Part shown: positions 6,836 through 16,419 of the stretch, piece by piece | Position numbering within the stretch: position 1 is the first letter of the stretch | Layout of the letters: every line of letters starts with the position of its first letter | From: a virus | Taxonomy: Duplodnaviria; Caudoviricetes | Direction: 5' to 3' (one strand) | DNA length: 34,152 bases | Virus record (IMG/VR): IMGVR_UViG_3300016467_000352 | Location: 1 to 34,152 of that record | The notes under the pieces: generated by a model | The model's input: only the letters and a program-made list of their open reading frames with translations | What the model was told of the DNA's origin: nothing | Databases searched by the model: none | Program-made: the position numbers and the translations under genes

Positions 6836-8442
6836 GAATCCCGTCGAATCCCGAAGAGCGCGAGTATTTTTACCTGGACCTCATCAACAAGTGTGAGGTC
6901 AGCATGGAGGTCCGCAAGGGCGACTACTCGACCCTGCGTTCCTACTATCTCTTCGGGAACGACCCGAATTCTGCCCCGGCGCACTACAACAAGATTTACC
7001 CGCATATCGACCAACTGACGAGTTTCCTTTACTCGGCAGAAACGACGCGGTTCTCGATCAATATCGGCGCTGCGGTCAATAAGTCTGAACACAAGAAGAT
7101 TCCGGTTCTGAACCAAGCCCTGAACGACGAGTGGCTGAACAGCAACGCGGATCAAGTGTTCTCGACGGCCCTCACGTGGGCGCTGTGCTACAACAGCACG
7201 TTTATCAAGCTCATCAATCGTGACGGCTTGCATCCGTATTTTGTCGAGCCGGGTGCTATGGGCGTGCTGCGGGAAGATGTGCCTTACCTGGACCGGCAAG
7301 AGGCGTTCGTCCAGAAGTATTACATTACCCGCTCTGAACTCTTCAACCGTCTGTATGCCCATCCCAACCGGGATAGCATCGTCAAGCGTGTTACGTCGGT
7401 CCAGCATGAGCGGTCGGATATTCCTGAAGCGATTGACCGCATCATTACCAGCCAAGTCAATCCGACAATCTACGGTAACGTCAATATCGACCTGAACGGC
7501 TTTGAGCGTTACAAGCCGCGTGTGGCCGAGGACACCGTGGAGATGACGGAACTGTGGGTCTGGAATGATGACACTCAGGACTATCAGATCGTCACGGTTG
7601 CCGATCCTAAAGTCGTCATCTACGACCGTGAGGGCGAGAAGGTCTGGATGAAGGGTGAAACGCCGTTCATTCAAATCTGCCCGAACCCGCAATACGACTA
7701 TTTTTGGGGTCAGTCTGAGGTTCAGAAGCTGATCTACCTGCAAGACATGCGGAACAAGCGTATGTCTGAGATTCTTGACCTTCTGAGTAAGCAGGTTGCC
7801 CCGCCGACTGCCCTGATTGGCTTTAGCGGTATCCTCGACGAGAAGAATTTTGCGCTGCAACGTCCGGGTGGCCTGCTGGCGACTGACATGCCGAGCGCGA
7901 AGGTCGAGCAGCTTGCGCCGAGCATCCCGAACGACCTGTTCCGCGAGATTGACGCTATCGACCAGATGTTCGCTGAAGCCTCTGGCATTGTGTCAGTCCT
8001 GCAAGGTCGGGGTGAGTCCGGGGTGCGTAGTGCCGGTCACGCCTCGCAACTGGCCCGACTGGGGTCTAGCCGAGCCAAAAAACGGGCGCTGATTGTTGAA
8101 GATAGCCTTGAGAAGATGGCTACAATGTATCTCAAGGCCATGCAGGTTTATGACGCCACGAAGTTTACGGATGCTGACGGCAATAAATTCATTGCCAACC
8201 AGTTTACGAAGGATTACGTGGTCAAGGTTGATGCTCACTCTAATAGCCCGATCTTTACTGAAGATTTACGCAGCCTTGCGTTTGAACTCTTCAAGGCCCA
8301 AGCTATAGATCGTGAGTCCTTGCTTGACCTACTTGAGCCGCCGATGAAGCAAGAACTGAAAGATCGGCTTAAGAAGATGGAAGAGAAGCAGGCGCAACAG
8401 CCCCCTGCGGCCCCGCCTGCTCAACTGAAAAAGGTAGGATGA
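6832..8442 (+). CDS. portal protein
   Basis: 536 aa, downstream of terL; podovirus portal-like segments (YFWGQSEVQKLIYLQ, EASGIVSVLQG). Confidence 0.9.
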   Translation: MRIPSNPEEREYFYLDLINKCEVSMEVRKGDYSTLRSYYLFGNDPNSAPAHYNKIYPHIDQLTSFLYSAETTRFSINIGAAVNKSEHKKIPVLNQALNDEWLNSNADQVFSTALTWALCYNSTFIKLINRDGLHPYFVEPGAMGVLREDVPYLDRQEAFVQKYYITRSELFNRLYAHPNRDSIVKRVTSVQHERSDIPEAIDRIITSQVNPTIYGNVNIDLNGFERYKPRVAEDTVEMTELWVWNDDTQDYQIVTVADPKVVIYDREGEKVWMKGETPFIQICPNPQYDYFWGQSEVQKLIYLQDMRNKRMSEILDLLSKQVAPPTALIGFSGILDEKNFALQRPGGLLATDMPSAKVEQLAPSIPNDLFREIDAIDQMFAEASGIVSVLQGRGESGVRSAGHASQLARLGSSRAKKRALIVEDSLEKMATMYLKAMQVYDATKFTDADGNKFIANQFTKDYVVKVDAHSNSPIFTEDLRSLAFELFKAQAIDRESLLDLLEPPMKQELKDRLKKMEEKQAQQPPAAPPAQLKKVG

Positions 8443-8609
8443 TGGCTGAAAAGAGTATGCCGGGTTACGCAACGACCAGCAAAGCCGATCAGCCCCGCGT
8501 TTCCGGGTCGCAACTCAAGACGTATGAGCGTTCTCCCGGTATGACGTATAACCGTTCTGCAATTTCTGGCACTCTGCGGCAAAACCGCAGGGATTATTCC
8601 CGTAAATAA
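8442..8609 (+). CDS. small hypothetical protein (55 aa)
   Basis: Not in ORF track; TGATG overlap with portal stop; MAEKSMPGYATTSKADQPRVSG...RDYSRK*. Confidence 0.7.
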   Translation: MAEKSMPGYATTSKADQPRVSGSQLKTYERSPGMTYNRSAISGTLRQNRRDYSRK

Positions 8610-8620
8610 GGAGCAATAGC

Positions 8621-8665
8621 ATGTATGCTCGAAAGATGAAGCGCGGTCGTAAGTCGCGTCGGTAA
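8621..8665 (+). CDS. 14-aa Arg/Lys-rich micropeptide MYARKMKRGRKSRR
   Basis: TAAGGAG SD 7 nt before ATG; 8 of 14 residues K/R. Confidence 0.65.
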   Translation: MYARKMKRGRKSRR

Positions 8666-8712
8666 AAGAAGTTTAGACAGGGGCTTCAACTAACATAGGA
8701 AAGGAGCTAATC

Positions 8713-8757
8713 ATGGCCCGTAAAGCCCGCAAAGCTCGCAAAGCGAAGCGTAAGTAA
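8713..8757 (+). CDS. 14-aa Arg/Lys-rich micropeptide MARKARKARKAKRK
   Basis: AAAGGAG SD 6 nt before ATG; ARK repeats use varied synonymous codons (GCC/GCT/GCG, CGT/CGC). Confidence 0.7.
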   Translation: MARKARKARKAKRK

Positions 8758-8786
8758 CTAGTCCAGGGGGCAACCTCTGACTGGAT

Positions 8787-8847
8787 GAGAGCGATAGCGT
8801 AAAAACTATCGCTCTCTATTGACACGTTAGTAAATTGGGTTTATACA
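8787..8847 (+). promoter_or_regulatory. 11-bp perfect inverted repeat followed by a sigma70-like promoter for the head genes
   Basis: GAGAGCGATAG(8787-8797)/CTATCGCTCTC(8806-8816); TTGACA 8819-8824, 17 nt, TATACA 8842-8847. Confidence 0.5.
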
Positions 8848-8887
8848 GCCCAAAAATTAAGTGAGTAATCACTTTTTGGAGTAAGTG

Positions 8888-9337
8888 ATGGCAGTCCCGC
8901 CCGATATGTTGGCTATGATCCAGAAGGATCGTGGCATGAAAGCCCCGGCAGAAGCCGCTGCCGCTACTCCCGACGTTGGCACGGGTGGTATGTCTGCCCC
9001 GGAAGCCCCGCCTATGGGCGCTCCGATGACCACGCCCGAACCGAAGATGGGCGAAAAAGAGACTGCCACGATCAACGTGCAGACCGCTATGGACCTGCTG
9101 GAGCAGGCGCTCCCCAAGATTGGGTCGGATAGCGAAGAGGGTCGGGCGATTGTGGATGCCGTGACCAAGCTTACCAAGATTTTCGGCAAGCGTGAGGCGA
9201 AAACCCGCGAACTGATGCCTGCCGAGATTATGAACATGATTTCCTCTCTGCCTCAAGCGGGCGGCGCGACTCCTGAGCAGAGGGTCGCAGCACAAGCGCC
9301 GGTGCCCGGAACCGCAACACCCCCTCTACCCATGTAA
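8888..9337 (+). CDS. hypothetical head-module protein (Pro/Ala/Met-rich)
   Basis: GGAG SD; position between portal and scaffold. Confidence 0.85.
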   Translation: MAVPPDMLAMIQKDRGMKAPAEAAAATPDVGTGGMSAPEAPPMGAPMTTPEPKMGEKETATINVQTAMDLLEQALPKIGSDSEEGRAIVDAVTKLTKIFGKREAKTRELMPAEIMNMISSLPQAGGATPEQRVAAQAPVPGTATPPLPM

Positions 9338-9340
9338 ATT

Positions 9341-9808
9341 ATGGATGCCGCCGTTAACAAACGATTTTTTTCCAAAACTCATCGTAATGATGAGACGGGC
9401 TGCATTGAGTGGACGGCAGCAAAAAACGCCCGTGGATATGGAAAATTTAGCGTTAACGGCGGTTGGGTTATGGCGCACAGGTTTGCGTTTGAAATTGAAA
9501 ATGAGAAGATTCCTGCCGGAAAATTTGTATTGCATCATTGCGACAATCCGTCTTGCGTAAATGTAGAGCATCTTTATGCGGGTTCTACAAAAAACAACGC
9601 AATGGACAGAGAAGCTCGCAATAGAGGCAATCACGCATATGGAACGGGTCACGGTAGAAATAAACTTTTAGAATCACAAGTTTTTGAAATACGTGACGCA
9701 TTCGATACTGGTAAATATTCTTTCCGTAAACTTGGACGAATTTACGGAACGGACGGCAAGTCCATAGCGGACATTGTTGATCGTAAAAACTGGAAACATC
9801 TTATTTAA
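9341..9808 (+). CDS. free-standing HNH homing endonuclease
   Basis: GCIEWT..GYG..AHRFAF..VLHHCDNPSCVNVEHL..N; C-terminal HTH-like region; lower GC than flanks. Confidence 0.9.
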   Translation: MDAAVNKRFFSKTHRNDETGCIEWTAAKNARGYGKFSVNGGWVMAHRFAFEIENEKIPAGKFVLHHCDNPSCVNVEHLYAGSTKNNAMDREARNRGNHAYGTGHGRNKLLESQVFEIRDAFDTGKYSFRKLGRIYGTDGKSIADIVDRKNWKHLI

Positions 9809-9820
9809 GGAGTTCACAAA

Positions 9821-10006
9821 GTGGATCTTTTTCGACCCCGTGGCGCCCAAGCTCCCCGTGGCGCTACCGACAACAAGCAGCAAAACGGCCAGATCGTGAA
9901 CACGCCGCGTTATTCGCAGTTTGGCGGTCTGGATGGTGCTTCTAAGACTGGCAAGAAAAACGCCATGAGCCTTAGCAAGCCCGGCGACACCAAGAAAGTA
10001 ATCTAA
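9821..10006 (+). CDS. small hypothetical head-module protein (61 aa)
   Basis: AAGGAG SD, GTG start. Confidence 0.8.
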   Translation: MDLFRPRGAQAPRGATDNKQQNGQIVNTPRYSQFGGLDGASKTGKKNAMSLSKPGDTKKVI

Positions 10007-10026
10007 AGGTTTAAGGGGCTAAGATT

Positions 10027-10557
10027 ATGTCGCTCGAAAATATCGCGCCGGAAACTAGGGATGAAATGGCGGCTCTGCTGAAGAAGCTGTCTGACCATCC
10101 CAAGACTCGCAAAACCATCCTAAAGTCCATCAAGGAAGTCGATCCTGACTTCCACATTCCCGAACTCGAAATCGAAAGCAAGGCCGAGGAAGTCTATTCC
10201 AAGACGACCGAGGAACTTGAGAAGCTTCGTGCCGAGCTTCGGGAGCGTGATGCACGCGATGAACTGTCGAAGCGCCGCAATTCGCTGCTCAAGCAAGGCA
10301 AGGTCAAGTCGGAAGAGGACATTGCCGAGATTGAGAAGATCATGGTTGAGAAGAAGATTGCTGACCATGAAGCGGCTGCCGACTACTTCAACTGGATGAA
10401 ACAGGCGAGTGAGCCGACGCCTTCCAGCTACAACCCTCAAGTCATGAAGCAGTGGGACTTGAGCAAGTATATGAAAAACCCGCAGGGTGCTGCCCGTGAA
10501 GCCGCTGCGGATGCTCTAGCCGAGCTTCGGAAGAACCCGAAGCCGGTCGGACTGTAA
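10027..10557 (+). CDS. putative capsid scaffolding protein
   Basis: Charged, helical/coiled-coil, immediately upstream of the major capsid gene. Confidence 0.7.
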   Translation: MSLENIAPETRDEMAALLKKLSDHPKTRKTILKSIKEVDPDFHIPELEIESKAEEVYSKTTEELEKLRAELRERDARDELSKRRNSLLKQGKVKSEEDIAEIEKIMVEKKIADHEAAADYFNWMKQASEPTPSSYNPQVMKQWDLSKYMKNPQGAAREAAADALAELRKNPKPVGL

Positions 10558-10588
10558 GGTAATAGGGGCTATTTTCTAGGAGATTGTT

Positions 10589-11599
10589 ATGCCTATTGGT
10601 GGCGGTATTATCCCGGCCAGTGGCACTAACCAGTATAACGAATTGACGTATGTCACCCGGCGTGCGTTTATTCCGAAGATGGTGGTGCAGCTTTACAACA
10701 GCACGCCGCTCATGGCTGCTCTTCTGGCGAATAGCCAGCAGGCGTCCGGCGGTGTGTCGTCGGTCACTGTTCCGGTTCAAGGTGCTCAGTTCGTTAACGC
10801 TCAGTGGTCGGATTACTCCGGTTCGTTCGCGCAACCGGCGGTCCAGCAAGGTGCGTATAACGCGGAATTCAACCTCAAGCTGATGATTGCCCCCGTGCCG
10901 TTCCTCGGCATGGAAGGTGCGGTGCAGCAAGACTACGCCATCATCCCGCTCATCGAAGCGCGGATGAACGACGCGACCAACGTCATGATGGACGCGATGG
11001 CGTATGCCCTCTACAACAACACCACGAATGCCCAACAGTTTACGGGCCTTCCGGCGGCGATTGACGATGGCACGGGCACTGCGACCTACGGCAACATCAA
11101 CCGCTCGACCTACACCTGGTGGAAGTCGAAGCAGTATGCTGCTGGCTCGCAAAACCCGACTCGTCAGAACGTCCTGCAATACATCAGCGGCACCGTGAAG
11201 AACGGCGCTGAAGTCCCGACGTTTGGCGTGTGCGGCTTCGGCACCTGGACGCTGCTTGCGCAAGACTACGTGGGTCAAGAGCAATATGTCATCACGCCGG
11301 GTTCTGGCTTTGATGCGGATGCGAATGGTCCGCAGGCCGCGTTCCGTGCGCTGATGGTTGCTGGTGTGCCGATCTACCCCGATCCCTACTGCCCGGAAGG
11401 GACTCTGTATCTCATCAACAGCAACTACATGTCGCTGTATGTGCATGAGAAGGGTTCGTTTGTGTTCACCGGCTTTGAATCGACCCTGCCGAACTGGCAG
11501 ATCGGTTACGTTGGTGCGGTCCTTACCATCGCGGAGCTTGTTTCGACCAAGCCGAAGTCGATGACTAAGGTCACGGGCTATAACTCCCTCACGCTGTAA
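10589..11599 (+). CDS. major capsid protein (HK97 fold)
   Basis: 336 aa, AGGAG SD, strong codon bias; TYGNINRSTYTWWKS, GVPIYPDPYCPEGTLYLIN. Confidence 0.9.
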   Translation: MPIGGGIIPASGTNQYNELTYVTRRAFIPKMVVQLYNSTPLMAALLANSQQASGGVSSVTVPVQGAQFVNAQWSDYSGSFAQPAVQQGAYNAEFNLKLMIAPVPFLGMEGAVQQDYAIIPLIEARMNDATNVMMDAMAYALYNNTTNAQQFTGLPAAIDDGTGTATYGNINRSTYTWWKSKQYAAGSQNPTRQNVLQYISGTVKNGAEVPTFGVCGFGTWTLLAQDYVGQEQYVITPGSGFDADANGPQAAFRALMVAGVPIYPDPYCPEGTLYLINSNYMSLYVHEKGSFVFTGFESTLPNWQIGYVGAVLTIAELVSTKPKSMTKVTGYNSLTL

Positions 11600-11611
11600 T
11601 AGGAGAAAAAC

Positions 11612-11941
11612 ATGGCTCTCGCACTTAATAAAATCATCATCACCGGCCTGAACACCAACAACGCTGGTGCGTATCTGCAATCGACGACCGTCACTGCGCT
11701 GGCGACTGCCAGCGGCAACACGGCGGTCCCGGCGGGTATGTATCTGCTGGTTCCGGCGGCGAACGTTGCGGTTCAGGCGTATGACGGTAGCAACTGGCAG
11801 ACCATTATCGCGGCGAACGTTGGTGGAACGCTGTTCTCGGACGGTCAGAACGTGCGTTTCAGCAACAGCGGCGCGAATGCTACCGTTACTCTGCTGACGG
11901 TCAACGGCGGCAATGCCGCTACCGGCCAATACAACAGCTAA
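11612..11941 (+). CDS. putative capsid decoration/minor virion protein
   Basis: AGGAG SD; Ala/Thr/Asn-rich beta protein right after MCP. Confidence 0.75.
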   Translation: MALALNKIIITGLNTNNAGAYLQSTTVTALATASGNTAVPAGMYLLVPAANVAVQAYDGSNWQTIIAANVGGTLFSDGQNVRFSNSGANATVTLLTVNGGNAATGQYNS

Positions 11942-11951
11942 GGGGTAGTTC

Positions 11952-12362
11952 ATGCAATCGAACCGTGTAGGCGCGCTGCTTCCTGATAACTTCGGTAGTT
12001 TTTCCATCGTTAACGTGCGTGCCGCGAGTGTTGGCACCACGGGTAACGCGGTGGTTACGCTTCCGGTTCAGGCGGGTTCGTCTTACATTGTTCGCCAAGT
12101 GACTATCGCTAACGCTAGCGGCAGTATCAATACCGCGAACGTCGTCATTCTTACGTCCTCGGACGGGAATGCGTCGAACGCGATTACTGCCGTTAGCGTG
12201 CTGTCGAATATCACCAGCACGACGACCTATCAAGACCTTTCGCTGGCGGCGGGTGCGGCTACGACCGTTTACACCGCTCCGGCACTGTTCCTGAAGGTCA
12301 ACACTGCTGTTGCTAACGCGACTTGCGATATTCAGGTCTACGGCGACATTGTGACCCCGTAA
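11952..12362 (+). CDS. putative virion structural protein
   Basis: Thr/Ala/Val-rich beta-sandwich-like composition; position. Confidence 0.75.
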   Translation: MQSNRVGALLPDNFGSFSIVNVRAASVGTTGNAVVTLPVQAGSSYIVRQVTIANASGSINTANVVILTSSDGNASNAITAVSVLSNITSTTTYQDLSLAAGAATTVYTAPALFLKVNTAVANATCDIQVYGDIVTP

Positions 12363-12697
12363 TGAGCACGATCTTCGTCACCAATAACGGCGATTTCGCC
12401 TTTGAAGATGGTTACGCTGGCGAGCGGTATACGTTCGCTGTCGGAGCTACCGTGGAAATCCCGTTATTGGCTGCCGAACATATTTTTGGATACGGTGTAG
12501 ACGATAAAACGCCTCACCTTGTCCGGCTCGGTTGGCTGCGTATGTCTAACGAAGTGGAGCAGGCGATGGCTAAACTCGCCAAGTTCCGGTTTGACACGCA
12601 ACGACCAGTGAAAGGCCACTCCAAAGCCCCGGTGGTGGACAAAGTAGCTCCCTTGCCGTTGAAAAACGGCAGGGGGGCGAACGTTCAAGTAGCTTAA
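12362..12697 (+). CDS. hypothetical virion-module protein (111 aa)
   Basis: TAATG overlap gives start MSTIFVTNNG. Confidence 0.75.
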   Translation: MSTIFVTNNGDFAFEDGYAGERYTFAVGATVEIPLLAAEHIFGYGVDDKTPHLVRLGWLRMSNEVEQAMAKLAKFRFDTQRPVKGHSKAPVVDKVAPLPLKNGRGANVQVA

Positions 12698-12710
12698 TGA
12701 TGGCTATTAA

Positions 12711-13349
12711 ATGTCTCAAACACTTTCGGATTACATTACCGAAGTCCGGCGGCTGCTGCATGACGCTAACGCGAATTTCTATACAAATTCCGAGCTAACG
12801 GACAACATCAACGCGGCCCGTCTGCGCCTTGTGCGCGATACGGGGTGTCTCCGCGATCTTCAGTCTTACACTCTGCTTCAGGGTGCTGAGACTTTCAACT
12901 ATTCTGACTTACCCAAGTCTACCCGGACGCTGGATATTCTGAATATCAACGTCTACTGGGGTAACTCTAGGGTTCCTCTGCGTTATCTGGCGTGGACGGA
13001 CTTCAACGCGCAACTTCGGTATTGGCAAAACTACCAGGGTTTGCCTATTGGCTTCTCTATTTACGGAGCCAACAAGGTGTTTATTGGCCCTGTGCCAGAC
13101 CAAAACTATCAAGCAGACGTTGATACGGTCATTATGCCGCTCGACTTGGTGAATCTCAGCGATGTAGACGAGATTCCTGCGCCGTATACCAGTCCTGTGC
13201 AGTTCTACGCGGCTTATATCGCCAAGTATAAAGAGCAGTCTTACGGCGAAGCAGAGATTTTCAAGCAAGAATACCTGAAGAACGCGCAGTCGGTCCTCAA
13301 TTCGGTGTTTACGCGCCGGATGCCGACGCCTTACTCGCAAGCATACTGA
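12711..13349 (+). CDS. head-tail adaptor protein
   Basis: TLSDYITEVRRLLHD..YTNSELTDNINAA N-terminus; IGPVPDQNY; size and position. Confidence 0.75.
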   Translation: MSQTLSDYITEVRRLLHDANANFYTNSELTDNINAARLRLVRDTGCLRDLQSYTLLQGAETFNYSDLPKSTRTLDILNINVYWGNSRVPLRYLAWTDFNAQLRYWQNYQGLPIGFSIYGANKVFIGPVPDQNYQADVDTVIMPLDLVNLSDVDEIPAPYTSPVQFYAAYIAKYKEQSYGEAEIFKQEYLKNAQSVLNSVFTRRMPTPYSQAY

Positions 13350-13350
13350 T

Positions 13351-15084
13351 ATGGCTGCCAGTCCTGAGCAGAAAAAGTCATATCATGTCACTAAGGCGTT
13401 CAAAGGCTTAAACACTAAGGCCAACAGGACGGCCATCGGTGAAGATGAGTTCTCATGGATCGAGAACGCTCAGCCTATCGGGTTTGGCAACATCCGTATT
13501 GTCCCCGGTCCTGAGACAATCAACGCAAATGTCTGGTCGAACACGACGACTTACTTCTCGTCCGTCAATATTGGACTGGAAGATTACCTGTTGTCGTTTC
13601 AGGACAATGGTGCAGCGCAATACGTCAAGATCAGCAACAACACTCGCGGCAATATAGCGGCTGCTGGCACGTTCAGTAACAGTGGTGTTCAGGTCACGCA
13701 GTGGGATAACGAGCGCGCCCTGATTATTGATCCGGTCAAGGGGTATAAAACATGGGACGGGACGAACCTAGTATCCGTGGGTTCAGTGGGGACGATCACA
13801 GTTACAGCCGGAGGAAACGGCTATACCTCGGCACCGACGGTGACGATATCGGGACCGGATCAGACGGGCGGGGTGCAGGCGACGGCGACGGCGATTCTGG
13901 CGAACGGCGTAGTAACGTCGATCATTCTGACCCAGGCGGGGACGGGATACACGAATTCCGCGAACCTGACAGTCACTATATCGGCATCGCCTACGGCTAA
14001 CAACGCCACGGCTAATGCGACGATCTTCAGCCAGGTTGGCAGCGCCATAGCGTCGTTCTCAGGCCGCGTCTGGATTGCTGACCAGCGGACTATCTACTAC
14101 TCCGCAGCCGGGTCGTATAACGACTTTACGAGCGTTTCAGCGGGTAGCATCGTCCTCACCGATAGCACGCTGCATGGCTACATCAAGCAGTTAGTGAGTG
14201 CTAACAATTTCCTGTATATCTTCGGTGACGACAGCATTAACGTATTTTCAGATGTTCGCGTCAATGACCTTGGCGTAACTCTGTTTACGAATACGAACAT
14301 CAGTGCGTCGATAGGTTCGCAGTTACCGGAGGCGATTATTCCGTTCTTCCGGTCGATTCTGTTTATGAACAACTACGGCGTGTATGCGCTCGTAGGCACG
14401 ACGACCACGAAGATCAGTGACGCGCTGGACGGGATTATTCCTGACGTTGATTTTGATAGCCCTGTGTATGCCGGACAGGTGCTTATCAACAACATCCTGT
14501 GTGCGGCGTTTAACTTCCGTTACAACGACGGCGGGAATTACCGTTACATCCAAGCCGTATTCTTCGATAAGAAGTGGTTTATCGGCGGTCAGGGTGACGA
14601 CGTTAAATACATCTATTCTGTCCCGCGCAACGGTCTGATCAAGCTCTACAGCACCAACGGCACTGACCTGAAGCAGATTTACGGCAACGTAGCTGCCGAG
14701 GTTGATACCTACATTGAGACTGCGCTGTGGCCTCTCGGCGACCCGATCAGGACAAAACAAGCCCTGAAGGTAGGTATTGAGGCGACGCTGGCTAACTCAA
14801 TTCTGCTGACCGCGACTATCGACAGCGAGAATCAGACAAGCCCGGTTATTTATTTGTCCAACTCGATTATCTGGACAAACTATCTGAACAACCCGATTGA
14901 CTGGGTGAACAACAGTAGCCAGGTTGTCTTGTGGTCGCCTACAAATCAGATCGACAGTTATTACTTGTATAAGGCCGATGCGCCCATGTGGGGAAAGTAT
15001 ATCGGCGTCACGTTAACCGCTACTGGTGCCGACTATACGATCAACGGCTTCCAGCTTGAGCATGAACTTAGAGTGAGGTTCTAA
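13351..15084 (+). CDS. tail nozzle / packaged-DNA stabilization protein (P22 gp10-like) with inserted Ig-like domain
   Basis: FKGLNT N-terminus, beta-propeller-like repeats, follows adaptor; insert ITVTAGGNGYTSAPTVTISG..ILTQAGTGYT. Confidence 0.75.
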   Translation: MAASPEQKKSYHVTKAFKGLNTKANRTAIGEDEFSWIENAQPIGFGNIRIVPGPETINANVWSNTTTYFSSVNIGLEDYLLSFQDNGAAQYVKISNNTRGNIAAAGTFSNSGVQVTQWDNERALIIDPVKGYKTWDGTNLVSVGSVGTITVTAGGNGYTSAPTVTISGPDQTGGVQATATAILANGVVTSIILTQAGTGYTNSANLTVTISASPTANNATANATIFSQVGSAIASFSGRVWIADQRTIYYSAAGSYNDFTSVSAGSIVLTDSTLHGYIKQLVSANNFLYIFGDDSINVFSDVRVNDLGVTLFTNTNISASIGSQLPEAIIPFFRSILFMNNYGVYALVGTTTTKISDALDGIIPDVDFDSPVYAGQVLINNILCAAFNFRYNDGGNYRYIQAVFFDKKWFIGGQGDDVKYIYSVPRNGLIKLYSTNGTDLKQIYGNVAAEVDTYIETALWPLGDPIRTKQALKVGIEATLANSILLTATIDSENQTSPVIYLSNSIIWTNYLNNPIDWVNNSSQVVLWSPTNQIDSYYLYKADAPMWGKYIGVTLTATGADYTINGFQLEHELRVRF

Positions 15085-15085
15085 C

Positions 15086-16243
15086 ATGCCTGTCCCGAAT
15101 ACATTTGCGAACGCGACGACGAGCATCCCCCTGTCGCAGCTTGACCAGAACTTTGCCACGGCTATCACGCTCGGCAATACGGCTATTCAGCTTGGCAACA
15201 CGGTTACGACGCTGAATAACATGACGCTGGCTAACGTGACTGTTAGCACGGGTAATGTCAGTTTTACGCAAGGCACTATCGGCGGTAACGTTGTTATAAA
15301 TACGACGGGAACAGCTAATACCGGAAACCTTTCCGTCACCGGGACGTTGAGCAGCACTGGAAGTATTACCACAACGGGCGGACAAATATATGTCCGTGGC
15401 ACTGGTTCTTCTCAAAACTACGAATACGAGATAGGTAACGACGATACGTTTGTTCAGCAATACGCATCGCGTAATAGCGGCGTATCCAAAGGCTACAAGT
15501 GGTATACGAGCAACACTGGTGCCTCGTTACGGATGACGCTGGATAGCACCGGCCTCGCCGTCACCGGCACTATAAACGCGACCAGCAACATAAACCTTGC
15601 TAATAACACAAACCTTCGTGCGCTGAATACGGACGGGTCTACTTATCATAATTTAATCGGCCTTACGCAAGGTTCACCGACAAACCAAATCGGTATTGGT
15701 GACACAACCAGAGACATTTATTTGCTTGGTAAAACCGCTGTCGCTGGAGCGTTGAGCAGCACTGATATGGCGTCCCTTGCAAAAATAACAACCTCTGCTG
15801 ATTGTGGTTTGGCCGCTTCGGGAACTGGTCGTATTGGTGGACTTGCAGCTTACGGTTTGCAACTTACTGGTCAAGGTTCTAGTTACGACATTATTTTTAC
15901 AAATAAAGGTGGCTCAACAGCAGGTTACGTTGCGACTGGCGCAACCACAATTACCACATCTTCTGATGAGCGTCTTAAAGAAAACTTTAAACCTATAGAA
16001 AATGCGGTTCAAATAATTAATAACTTGAGAACGGTAACGGGTAACTACAAATCCGACCCGGATAGAACAGTTGCATTCTTGATTGCTCAAGACCTTGATG
16101 AGCATTTCCCTCCGGCTGTTGATAAATCAGACCCCGATTCATGGGGTGTAAATTATAACTGGACGGTGCCGTTGATGATGGCAGCAATCAAAGAACTCAA
16201 CGCCAAAGTCGCCGCACTGGAGGCTAAGAATGCTCAAGTCTAA
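15086..16243 (+). CDS. tail fibre with C-terminal intramolecular chaperone (peptidase S74)
   Basis: SSDERLKENFKPI..FLIAQDL..GVNY..LMMAAIKELNAKVAALE; Thr/Gly-rich shaft. Confidence 0.9.
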   Translation: MPVPNTFANATTSIPLSQLDQNFATAITLGNTAIQLGNTVTTLNNMTLANVTVSTGNVSFTQGTIGGNVVINTTGTANTGNLSVTGTLSSTGSITTTGGQIYVRGTGSSQNYEYEIGNDDTFVQQYASRNSGVSKGYKWYTSNTGASLRMTLDSTGLAVTGTINATSNINLANNTNLRALNTDGSTYHNLIGLTQGSPTNQIGIGDTTRDIYLLGKTAVAGALSSTDMASLAKITTSADCGLAASGTGRIGGLAAYGLQLTGQGSSYDIIFTNKGGSTAGYVATGATTITTSSDERLKENFKPIENAVQIINNLRTVTGNYKSDPDRTVAFLIAQDLDEHFPPAVDKSDPDSWGVNYNWTVPLMMAAIKELNAKVAALEAKNAQV

Positions 16244-16412
16244 AACGCTGTGGTTTTCTGTCATATTGGCTGTCGGAGGCATTCTTGAGCAGTCGCAGGC
16301 TTTGGTGACGCAACTGGTTGGTCAGCAGAATACCGGCCTCGTCATGCTGGTGATTTCCGTTGTAGTAGCAGTCTTGCGTGTCATTACCACGCAGCCTTTA
16401 TCGCAAAAATAG
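16230..16412 (+). CDS. small two-TM membrane protein (holin-like)
   Basis: GGAGG SD; KSKTLWF..two hydrophobic helices..LRVITTQPL. Confidence 0.7.
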   Translation: MLKSKTLWFSVILAVGGILEQSQALVTQLVGQQNTGLVMLVISVVVAVLRVITTQPLSQK

Positions 16413-16419
16413 GTGAAAT

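Noticed and set aside
6802-7860. 352-aa antisense ORF over the portal gene
   Set aside because: Same shadow-ORF effect; the protein looks non-biological.
10442-12040. 532-aa antisense ORF over the capsid genes
   Set aside because: Shadow frame of strongly codon-biased genes; no SD or recognisable motifs.
15086-16243. Diversity-generating retroelement or invertase-based tail switching
   Set aside because: No reverse transcriptase, TR/VR pair or site-specific recombinase visible.
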